Source: Eledone cirrhosa (Eukaryota). From it: a DNA stretch of 64,000 nucleotides. Shown here piece after piece: positions 14,271-28,700 of this stretch. The position numbers and the translations under genes were made by a program. How positions within the stretch are numbered: position 1 is the stretch's first letter; each line of letters starts with the position of its first letter. The notes below the pieces were generated by a model, which worked only from the letters and a program-made list of their open reading frames with translations, searched no databases and was not told the DNA's origin. The DNA is taken from positions 208,568,001 through 208,632,000 of the forward strand of contig OZ024741.1 of the NCBI GenBank assembly GCA_964016885.1, read 5' to 3'.

Positions 14271-17200
14271 CAACACTACCACTTCCCAGAACTACCACCA
14301 TCACCACTACAACCAACACCACCACTTCCCAGAACAACCACCATCACCACTACAACCAACACTACCACTACCCAGAACTACCACCATCATCACTACAACC
14401 AACACCACCACTTCCCAGAACTACCACCATCACCGCTATAACAAACACCACCACTTCCCAGAACTACCACCATCACCACAACAACGAACACCACAACCAC
14501 CCAGAACTACCACCATCACCACTACAACCAACACCACCACTTCCCAGAACAACCACCATCATCACTACAACCAACACTACCACTACCCAGAACTACCACC
14601 ATCACCACTACAACCAACACCACCACTTCCCAGAACTACCACCATCACCGCTATAACAAACACCACCACTTCCCAGAACTACCACCATCACCACTACAAC
14701 GAACACCACCACTTCCCAGGAATACCACCATCACCACTACAGCCAACACCACCACTTCCCAGAACAACCACCATCATCACTACAACCAACACTACCACTA
14801 CCCAGAACTACCACCATCACCACTACAACCAACACAAACACTACCCAGAACTACCACCATCACCACTACAACCAACACCACCACTTCCCAGAACTACCAC
14901 CATCATTACTACAACCAACACCACCACTACCCAGAACGACCACCATCACCACTACAACCAACACAAACACTACCCAGAACTACCACCATCACCACTACAA
15001 CCAACACCACCACTTCCCAGAACTACCACCATCATTACTACAACCAACACCACCACTACCCAGAACGACCACCATCACCACTACAACCAACACCACCACT
15101 ACCCAGAACTACCACCATCACCACTACAACCAACACCACTACTTCCCAGAACTACTACCATCATCACTACAACCAACACCACCAGTTCTCAGAACTACCA
15201 CCATCACCACTATAACCCACACCACAACTACCCAGAACTACCACCATCACCACTGCAACCAACACCACCACTACCCAGAACTACCCCCATCACCACCACG
15301 ACCAACACCACCACTTCCCTCCCAAAACTACCTCTATCACCACCCCAACCGATACCACCACTTCCCAGAACTACCACCATCACCATCACCACTACCACCA
15401 ACACCACCACTTCCCAGAACAACCCCATCACCACTACAACCAACACACACCACTTCCCAGAACTACCACCATCACCACTACAACCAACACCACCACTTCC
15501 CAGAACTACCACCATCACCACTACAACCAATACCACCACTTCCCAGAACAACCCCATCACCACTACAACCAACACCACCACTTCCCAGGACAACCACCAT
15601 CATCACTACAACCAACAACACCACTTCCCAGAACTACCACCATCACCACTACAACCAACACCACCACTTCCCAGAACTACCACCATTACCACAACAACCA
15701 ACACCACCACTTCCCAGAACTACCACCATCACCACTACGACCAACACCACCACAACCCAGAACTACCACCATCACCACTATAACCAACACCACCACTACC
15801 CAGAACTACCACCATCACCACTACCCCCCCCCCCCATCACCACCACAACCAACATCACCACTTCCCAGAACTACCAACATCACCACTACAACCAACACCA
15901 CAACTACCCAGAACTACCACCATCACCACTACCCCCCATCACCACCACAACCGACACCACCACTTCCCAGAACTACCACCATCACGACTACAACCAACAC
16001 CACCACTTCCCAGGACAACCACCATCATCACTACAACCAACACCACCACTACCCAGAACTACCACCATCACCACTACAACCAACACCACCACTACCCAGA
16101 ACCACCACCATCACCACTACAACCAACACCACCACTTCCCAGAACTACCACCATCACCACTACAACCAACACCACCACTTCCTAGAACTACCACCATCAC
16201 CACTACAACCAACACTACCACTTCCCAGAACTACCACCATCACCACTACAACCAACACCACCACTTCCCAGAACAACCACCATCACCACTACAACCAACA
16301 CTACCACTACCCAGAACTACCACCATCACCACTACAACCAACACCACCACTTCCCAGAACTACCACCATCACCGCTATAACAAACACCACCACTTCCCAG
16401 AACTACCACCACCACCACTACAACGAACACCACAACCACCCAGAACTACCACCATCACCACTACAACCAACACCACCATTTCACAGAACTACCGTCATCA
16501 CCACTACCACCAACACCACCACTTCCCAGAACTACCACCATCATCATTACAACCAACACCACTACTTCCCAGAACTACCACCATCACCACTACAACCAAC
16601 ACCACCACTACCCAGAACAACCACCATCATCACTACAACCACCACCACCACTTTCCAGGACTACCACCATCACCACTACAACCAACACCACCACTACCCA
16701 GAGCAACCACCATCATCACTATAACCACCACCACCACTTCCCAGGACTACCACCATCACCACTACAACCAAAACCACCACTTCCCAGAACTACCACCATC
16801 ACCACTACAACCAACACCACCACTTCCCAGAAAAACCCCCATCATCACTACAACCAACACTACCACTACCCAGAACTACCACCATCACCACTACAACCAA
16901 CACAAACACTACCCAGAACTACCACCATCACAACTACAACCAACACCACCACTTCCCAGAACTACCACCATCATTACTACAACCAACACCACCACTACCC
17001 AGAACGACCACCATCATCACTACAACCAACACCACCACTACCCAGAACTACCACCATCACCACTACAACCAACACCACTACTTCCCAGAACTACTACCAT
17101 CACCACTACCCCCCCCCCATCACCACCACAACCAACATCACCACTTCCCAGAACTACCAACATCACCACTACAACCAACACCACAACTACCCAGAACTAC

Positions 17201-20200
17201 CCCATCGCCACTACCCCCCATCACCACCACAACCAACACCACCACTTCCCAGAACTACCTCTATCACCACCAAAACCGACACCACCACTTCCCAGTACTA
17301 CCACCATCACCACTACAACCAACACCACCACTACACAGAACTACCACCATCACCACTACAACCAACACCACTACTTCCCACAACTACCACCATCACCAAT
17401 ACAATCAACACTACCACTTCCCAGGACAACCACCATCATCACTACAACCAACACCACCACTACCCAGAACTACCACCATGACCACTACAACCAACACCAC
17501 CACTCCCCGGAACCACTACCATCACGACTACAACCAACACCACCACTTCCCAGAACTCCCACCATCACCACTACAACCAACACCACCACTTCCTAGAACT
17601 ACCACCATCATCACTACAACCAACACTACCACTTCCCAGAACTACCACCATCACCACTACCACCAACACCACCACTACCCAGAACTACCACCATCATCAC
17701 TACAACCAACACCACCACTTCCCAGAACTACCACCATCACCACTACAACCAACACTACCACTTCCCAGAACTACCACCGTCACCACTACAACCAACACCA
17801 CCACTTCCCAGAACAACCACTATCATCACTACAACCAACACCACCACTTCCCAGAACAAACACCATCACCACTATAACAGACACCACAACCACCCAGAAC
17901 TACCACCATCACCACTACAACCAACACCACCACTTCACAGATCTACCGTCATCACCACTACCACCAACACCACCACTTCCCAGAACTACCACCATCATCA
18001 TTACAACCAACACCACTACTTCCCAGAACTACCACCATCACCACTACAACCAACACCACCACTTCCCAGAACTACCACCATCACCACTACAACCAACACC
18101 ACCACTACCCAGAACTACCACCATCACCACTACAACCAACACCACCACTACCCAGAACAACCACCATCATCACTACAACCACCACCACCACTTTCCAGGA
18201 CTACCGCTATCACCACTACAACCAACACCACCACTACCCAGAACACCACCATCATCACTATAACCACCACCACCACTTCCCAGGACTACCACCATCACCA
18301 CTACAACCAACACCACCACTTCCCAGAACTACCACCTTCATCACTACAACCACCACCACCACTTCCCAGGACTACAACCATCACCACTACAACCAACACC
18401 ACCACTACCCAGAACTACCACCATCACCACTACAATCAACACCACCACTACCCAGAACTACCACCATCACCACTACAACCAACACCACCACTTCCCAGAA
18501 CTACCACCATCACCACTACAACCAACACCACCACTACTCAGAACAACCACCATCATCACTACAACCAAGACCACCACTTCCTAGAACTACCACCATCACC
18601 ACTACAACCAACACCACCACTTCCCAGAACTGCCACCATCACCACTACAACCAACACCACCACTACCCAGAACAACCACCATCATCACTACAACCACCAC
18701 CACCACTTCCCAGAACTACCACCATCACCACTACAACCAATACCACCACTTCCCAGAACTACCACCATCACCACTACAACCAACACCACCACTTCCCAGA
18801 ACTGCCACCATCACCACTACAACCAACACCACCACTACTCAGAACAACCACCATCATCACTACAACCAAGACCACCACTTCCTAGAACTACCACCATCAC
18901 CACTACAACCAACACCACCACTTCCCAGAACTACCACCATTACCACAACAACCAACACCACCACTTCCCAGAACTACCACCATCACCACTACGACCAACA
19001 CCACCACAACCCAGAACTACCACCATCACCACTATAACCAACACCACCACTACCCAGAACTACCACCATCACCACTACCCCCCCCCCCCCCCATCACCAC
19101 CACAACCAACATCACCACTTCCCAGAACTACCAACATCACCACTACAACCAACACCACAACTACCCAGAACTACCACCATCACCACTACCCCCCATCACC
19201 ACCACAACCGACACCACCACAACCGACACCACCACTTCCCAGAACTACCACCATCACCACTACAACCAACACCACCACTTCCCAGGACAACCACCATCAT
19301 CACTACAACCAACACCACCACTACCCAGAACTACCACCATCACCACTACAACCAACACCACCACTACCCAGAACCACCACCATCACCACTACAACCAACA
19401 CCACCACTTCCCAGAACTACCACCATCACCACTACAACCAACACCACCACTTCCTAGAACTACCACCATCACCACTACAACCAACACTACCACTTCCCAG
19501 AACTACCACCATCACCACTACAACCAACACCAACACTTCCCAGAACAACCACCATCACCACTACAACCAACACTACCACTACCCAGAACTACCACCATCA
19601 CCACTACAACCAACACCACCACTTCCCAGAACTACCACCATCACCGCTATAACAAACACCACCACTTCCCAGAACTACCACCATCACCACTACAACGAAC
19701 ACCACAACCACCCAGAACTACCACCATCACCACTACAACCAACACCACCACTTCCCAGAACAACCACCATCATCACTACAACCAACACTACCACTACCCA
19801 GAACTACCACCATCACCACTACAACCAACACCACCACTTCCCAGAACTACCACCATCACCGCTATAACAAACACCACCACTTCCCAGAACTACCACCATC
19901 ACCACTACAACGAACACCACCACTTCCCAGGAATACCACCATCACCACTACAACCAACACCACCACTTCCCAGAACAACCACCATCATCACTACAACCAA
20001 CACTACCACTACCCAGCACTACCACCATCACCACTACAACCAACACAAACACTACCCAGAACTACCACCATCACCACTACAACCAACACCACCACTTCCC
20101 AGAACTACCACCATCATTACTACAACCAACACCACCACTACCCAGAACGACCACCATCACCACTACAACCAACACAAACACTACCCAGAACTACCACCAT

Positions 20201-23200
20201 CACCACTACAACCAACACCACCACTTCCCAGAACTACCACCATCATTACTACAACCAACACCACCACTACCCAGAACGACCACCATCACCACTACAACCA
20301 ACACCACCACTACCCAGAACTACCACCATCACCACTACAACCAACACCACTACTTCCCAGAACTACTACCATCATCACTACAACCAACACCACCAGTTCT
20401 CAGAACTACCACCATCACCACTATAACCCACACCACAACTACCCAGAACTACCACCATCACCACTGCAACCAACACCACCACTACCCAGAACTACCCCCA
20501 TCACCACCACGACCAACACCACCACTTCCCAGAACTACCTCTATCACCACCACAACCGATACCACCACTTCCCAGAACTACCACCATCACCATCACCACT
20601 ACCACCAACACCACCACTTCCCAGAACAACCCCATCACCACTACAACCAACACACACCACTTCCCAGAACTACCACCATCACCACTACAACCAACACCAC
20701 CACTTCCCAGAACTACCACCATCACCACTACAACCAATACCACCACTTCCCAGAACAACCCCATCACCACTACAACCAACACCACCACTTCCCAGGACAA
20801 CCACCATCATCACTACAACCAACACCACCACTTCCCAGAACTACCACCATCACCACTACAACCAACACCACCACTTCCCAGAACTACCACCATTACCACA
20901 ACAACCAACACCACCACTTCCCAGAACTACCACCATCACCACTACGACCAACACCACCACAACCCAGAACTACCACCATCACCACTATAACCAACACCAC
21001 CACTACCCAGAACTACCACCATCACCACTACCCCCCCCCCCCCATCACCACCACAACCAACATCACCACTTCCCAGAACTACCAACATCACCACTACAAC
21101 CAACACCACAACTACCCAGAACTACCACCATCACCACTACCCCCCATCACCACCACAACCGACTCCACCACTTCCCAGAACTACCACCATCACCACTACA
21201 ACCAACACCACCACTTCCCAGGACAACCACCATCATCACTACAACCAACACCACCTCTACCCAGAACTACCACCATCACCACTACAACCAACACCACCAC
21301 TACCCAGAACCACCACCATCACCACTACAACCAACACCACCACTTCCCAGAACTACCACCATCACCACTACAACCAACACCACCACTTCCTAGAACTACC
21401 ACCATCACCACTACAACCAACACTACCACTTCCCAGAACTACCACCATCACCACTACAACCAACACCACCACTTCCCAGAACAACCACCATCACCACTAC
21501 AACCAACACTACCACTACCCAGAACTACCACCATCACCACTACAACCAACACCACCACTTCCCAGAACTACCACCATCACCGCTATAACAAACACCACCA
21601 CTTCCCAGAACTACCACCATCACCACTACAACGAACACCACAACCACCCAGAACTACCACCATCACCACTACAACCAACACCACCACTTCCCAGAACAAC
21701 CACCATCATCACTACAACCAACACTACCACTACCCAGAACTACCACCATCACCACTACAACCAACACCACCACTTCCCAGAACTACCACCATCACCGCTA
21801 TAACAAACACCACCACTTCCCAGAACTACCACCATCACCACTACAACGAACACCACCACTTCCCAGGAATACCACCATCACCACTACAACCAACACCACC
21901 ACTTCCCAGAACAACCACCATCATCACTACAACCAACACTACCACTACCCAGAACTACCACCATCACCACTACAACCAACACAAACACTTCCCAGAACTA
22001 CCACCATCACCACTACAACCAACACCACCACTTCCCAGAACTACCACCATCATTACTACAACCAACACCACCACTACCCAGAACGACCACCATCACCACT
22101 ACAACCAACACCACCACTACCCAGAACTACCACCATCACCACTACAACCAACACAAACACTTCCCAGAACTACTACCATCATCACTACAACCAACACCAC
22201 CAGTTCTCAGAACTACCACCATCACCACTATAACCCACACCACAACTACCCAGAACTACCACCATCACCACTGCAACCAACACCACCACTACCCAGAACT
22301 ACCCCCATCACCACCACGACCAACACCACCACTTCCCAGAACTACCTCTATCACCACCACAACCGATACCACCACTTCCCAGAACTACCACCATCACCAT
22401 CACCACTACCACCAACACCACCACTTCCCAGAACAACCCCATCACCACTACAACCAACACACACCACTTCCCAGAACTACCACCATCACCACTACAACCA
22501 ACACCACCACTTCCCAGAACTACCACCATCACCACTACAACCAATACCACCACTTCCCAGAACAACCCCATCACCACTACAACCAACACCACCACTTCTC
22601 AGGACAACCACCATCATCACTACAACCAACACCACCACTTCCCAGAACTACCACCATCACCACTACAACCAACACCACCACTTCCCAGAACTACCACCAT
22701 TACCACAACAACCAACACCACCACTTCCCAGAACTACCACCATCACCACTACGACCAACACCACCACAACCCAGAACTACCACCATCACCACTATAACCA
22801 ACACCACCACTACCCAGAACTACCACCATCACCACTACCCCCCCCCCCATCACCACCACAACCAACATCACCACTTCCCAGAACTACCAACATCACCACT
22901 ACAACCAACACCACAACTACCCAGAACTACCACCATCACCACTACCCCCTATCACCACCACAACCGACACCACCACTTCCCAGAACTACCACCATCACCA
23001 CTACAACCAACACCACCACTTCCCAGGACAACCACCATCATCACTACAACCAACACCACCACTACCCAGAACTACCACCATCACCACTACAACCAACACC
23101 ACCACTACCCAGAACCACCACCATCACCACTACAACCAACACCACCACTTCCCAGAACTACCACCATCACCACTACAACCAACACCACCACTTCCTAGAA

Positions 23201-23500
23201 CTACCACCATCACCACTACAACCAACACTACCACTTCCCAGAACTACCACCATCACCACTACAACCAACACCACCACTTCCCAGAACAACCACCATCACC
23301 ACTACAACCAACACTACCACTACCCAGAACTACCACCATCAACACTACAACCAACACCACCACTTCCCAGAACTACCACCATCACCGCTATAACAAACAC
23401 CACCACTTCCCAGAACTACCACCATCACCACTACAACGAACACCACAACCACCCAGAACTACCACCATCACCACTACAACCAACACCACCACTTCACAGA
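14270..23500. repeat. ~1.8-2.0-kb higher-order repeat family of the middle domain
   Basis: A cassette of ACCGCTATAACAAAC, ACACAAACACT, AGTTCTCAG, CTGCAACC, CCTCTATC, poly-C and TTCCTAGAA recurs. Poly-C spacing is 1953 (19078-21031) and 1807 (21031-22838). The minus-strand ORFs at 15228, 20501 and 22308 mark the same cassette. Confidence 0.85.
17478..18263 (+). other. Repeat-derived 261-codon ORF, probably non-coding
   Basis: A real ATG...TAA frame, but it simply cycles through the three frames of the 43-mer. The ATG is a private ATC>ATG change; the paralogous position in copy B (47661) is ATC. The confidence value refers to it being a functional CDS. Confidence 0.07.
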
Positions 23501-24900
23501 ACTACCGTCATCACCACTACCACCAACACCACCACTTCCCAGAACTACCACCATCATCATTACAACCAACACCACTACTTTCCAGAACTACCACCATCAC
23601 CACTACAACCAACACCACCACTACCCAGAACAACCACCATCATCACTACAACCACCACCACCACTTTCCAGGACTACCACCATCACCACTACAACCAACA
23701 CCACCACTACCCAGAGCAACCACCATCATCACTATAACCACCACCACCACTTCCCAGGACTACCACCATCACCACTACAACCAACACCACCACTTCCCAG
23801 AACTACCACCATTACCACAACAACCAACACCACCACTTCCCAGAACTACCACCATCACCACTACGACCAACACCACCACAACCCAGAACTACCACCATCA
23901 CCACTATAACCAACACCACCACTACCCAGAACTACCACCATCACCACTACCCCCCCCCCCATCACCACCACAACCAACATCACCACTTCCCAGAACTACC
24001 AACATCACCACTACAACCAACACCACAACTACCCAGAACTACCACCATCACCACTACCCCCCATCACCACCACAACCGACACCACCACTTCCCAGAACTA
24101 CCACCATCACCACTACAACCAACACCACCACTTCCCAGGACAACCACCATCATCACTACAACCAACACCACCACTACCCAGAACTACCACCATCACCACT
24201 ACAACCAACACCACCACTACCCAGAACCACCACCATCACCACTACAACCAACACCACCACTTCCCAGAACTACCACCATCACCACTACAACCAACACCAC
24301 CACTTCCTAGAACTACCACCATCACCACTACAACCAACACTACCACTTCCCAGAACTACCACCATCACCACTACAACCAACACCACCACTTCCCAGAACA
24401 ACCACCATCACCACTACAACCAACACTACCACTACCCAGAACTACCACCATCACCACTACAACCAACACCACCACTTCCCAGAACTACCACCATCACCGC
24501 TATAACAAACACCACCACTTCCCAGAACTACCACCATCACCACTACAACGAACACCACAACCACCCAGAACTACCACCATCACCACTACAACCAACACCA
24601 CCACTTCACAGAACTACCGTCATCACCACTACCACCAACACCACCACTTCCCAGAACTACCACCATCATCATTACAACCAACACTACTACTTCCCAGAAC
24701 TACCACCATCACCACTACAACCAACACCACCACTACCCAGAACAACCACCATCATCACTACAACCACCACCACCACTTTCCAGGACTACCACCATCACCA
24801 CTACAACCAACACCACCACTACCCAGAGCAACCACCATCATCACTATAACCACCACCACCACTTCCCAGGACTACCACCATCACCACTACAACCAACACC
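22680..24900. repeat. 1112-bp tandem duplication, shared with copy B (~53250-55470)
   Basis: Poly-C 22838/23950 and GAGC 23714/24826 have an offset of 1112. In copy B, poly-C 53409/54522 has an offset of 1113. Confidence 0.9.
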
Positions 24901-25749
24901 ACCACTTCCCAGAACTACCACCATCACCACTACAACCAACATCACCACTTCCCAGAAAAACCACCATCATCACTACAACCAACACTACCACTACCCAGAA
25001 CTACCACCATCACCACTACAACCAACACAAACACTACCCAGAACTACCACCATCACAACTACAACCAACACCACCACTTCCCAGAACTACCACCATCATT
25101 ACTACAACCAACACCACCACTACCCAGAACGACCACCATCATCACTACAACCAACACCACCACTACCCAGAACTACCACCATCACCACTACAACCAACAC
25201 CACTACTTCCCAGAACTACTACCATCACCACTACCCCCCCCCCCCCCATCACCACCACAACCAACATCACCACTTCCCAGAACTACCAACATCACCACTA
25301 CAACCAACACCACAACTACCCAGAACTACCCCGTCGCCACTACCCCCCATCACCACCACTTTCCAGGACTACCGCTATCACCACTACAACCAACACCACC
25401 ACTACCCAGAACACCACCATCATCACTATAACCACCACCACCACTTCCCAGGACTACCACCATCACCACTACAACCAACACCACCACTTCCCAGAACTAC
25501 CACCTTCATCACTACAACCACCACCACCACTTCCCAGGACTACAACCATCACCACTACAACCAACACCACCACTACCCAGAACTACCACCATCACCACTA
25601 CAATCAACACCACCACTACCCAGAACTACCACCATCACCACTACAACCAACACCACCACTTCCCAGAACTACCACCATCACCACTACAACCAACACCACC
25701 ACTACTCAGAACAACCACCATCATCACTACAACCAAGACCACCACTTCC

Positions 25750-28700
25750 TAGAACTACCACCATCACCACTACAACCAACACCACCACTACCCAGAACAA
25801 CCACCATCATCACTACAACCACCACCACCACTTCCCAGAACTACCACCATCACCACTACAACCAATACCACCACTTCCCAGAACTACCACCATCACCACT
25901 ACAACCAAGACCACCACTTCCCAGAACTACCACCATCACCACTACAACCAATACCACCACTTCCCAGAACTACCACCATTACCACTACAACCAACACCAC
26001 CACTCGCCAGAACTACCACCATCACCACTACAACCAACACACAACACTTCCCAGAACAACCACTATCATCACTACAACCAACACCACCACTTCCCAGAAC
26101 AACCACCATCACCACTACAACCAACACCACCACTTCCCAGAACTACCACCATTACCACTACAACCAACACCACCACTTCCCAGAACTACCACCATCACCA
26201 CTACAACCAACACCAACACAACACAGGACTACCACCATCACCACTACAACCAACACCACCACTACCCAGAACTACCACCAACACCACTACCCCCCCCCTC
26301 CCATCACCACCACAACCAACATCACCACTTCCCAGAACTACCAACATCACCACTACAACCAACACCACAACTTCCCCAGAACTACCCCATCACCACTACC
26401 CCCCATCACCACCACAACCAACATCACCACTTCCCAGAACTACCAACATCACCACTACAACCAACACCACCACTTCCCAGAACTACCTCTATCACCACCA
26501 CAACCGACACCACCACTTCCCAGAACTACCACCATCACCACTACAACCAACACCACCACTTCCCAGAACTACCACCATCAACGCTACAACCAACACCATC
26601 ACTACACAGAACTACCAACATCACCACTACAACCAACACCACTACTTCCCAGAACTAGCACCATCACCAATACAACCACCACCACCACTACCCAGAACTA
26701 CCACCACCACTACTACAATCAACACCACCACTTCCCAGGACAACCACCATCAGCACTACAACCAACACCACCACTACCCAGAACTACCACAATCACCACT
26801 ACAACCAACACCACCACTACCCAGAACCACCACCATCACCACTACAACCAACACCACCACTTCCCAGAACTACCACCATCACCACTACAACCAAAACCAC
26901 CACTTCCCAGAACTACCACCATCACCACTACAACCAACACCACCACTTCCCAGAACTACCACCATCACCACTACCACCATCACCACTACAACCAACACCA
27001 CCACTTCCCAGAACTACCAGCATCACCACTACCACCATCACCACTACAACCAACACCACCACTTCCCAGAGCTACCACCATCACCACCACCACCATCAAC
27101 ACCACAACCAGCACCACCACTACCCAGAACTACTACCATCATCACTACAACCAACACCACCACTTCCCAGAACTACCACCATCACCACTATAACCAACAC
27201 CACAACTACCCAGAACTGCCACCATCACCACTACAACCAACACCACCACTTCCTAGAACTACCACCATCACCACTACTACCAACACTACCACTACACAGA
27301 ACTACCACCATCACCACTACTACCACCACCACCAATTCCCAGAACTTCCACTATCACCACTACAACCAACACCACCACTACCCAGAACAACCACCATCAT
27401 CACTACAACCACCACCACCACTTTCCAGGACTACCACCATCACCACTACAACCAACACCACCACTACCCAGAACAACCACCATCATCACTATAACCACCA
27501 CCACCACTTCCCAGGACTACCACCATCACCACTACAACCAACACCACCACTTCCCAGAACTACCACCTTCATCACTACAACCACCACCACCACTTCCCTG
27601 GACTACCACCATCACCACTACAACCAAGACCACCATTCCCAGAACAACCACCATCATCACTACAACCACCACCACCACTTCCCAGGACTACCACCATCAC
27701 CACTACAACCAACACCACCACTTCCCAGGACTACAACCATCACCACTACAACCAACACCACCACTACCCAGAACTACCACCATCACCACTACAACCAACA
27801 CCACCACTACCCAGAACTACCACCATCACCACTACAACCAACACCACCACTTCCCAGAACTACCACCATCACCACTACAACCAACACCACCACTACCCAG
27901 AACAACCACCATCATCACTACAACCAAGACCACCACTTCCCAGAACTACCACCATCACCACTACAACCAACACCACCACTACCCAGAACAACCACCATCA
28001 TCACTACAACCACCACCACCACTTCCCAGAACTACCACCATCACCACTACAACCAATACAAACACTTCCCAGAACTACCACCATCACCACTACAACCAAG
28101 ACCACCACTTCCCAGAACTACCACCATCACCACTACAACCAATACCACCACTTCCCAGAACTACCACCATTACCACTACAACCAACACCACCACTCGCCA
28201 GAACTACCACCATCACCACTACAACCAACACACACCACTTCCCAGAACAACCACCATCATCACTACAACCAACACCACCACTTCCCAGAACTACCACCAT
28301 CACCACTACAACCAATACCACCTCTTCCCAGAACAACCACAATCACCACTACAACCAACACCACCACTTCCCAGAATTACCACCATTACCACTACAACCA
28401 ACACCACCACTTCCCAGAACTACCACCATCACCACTACAACCAACACCAACACAACCCAGAACTACCACCATCACCACTATAACCAACACCACCACTACC
28501 CAGAAATACCACCAACACTACTACCCCCCCCCCATCACCACCACAACCAACATCACCACTTCCCAGAACTACCAACATCACCACTACAACCAACACCACA
28601 ACTTCCCAGAACTACCCCATCACCACTACCCCCCATCACCACCACAACCAACACCACCACTTCCCAGAACTACCTCTATCACCACCACAACCGACACCAC

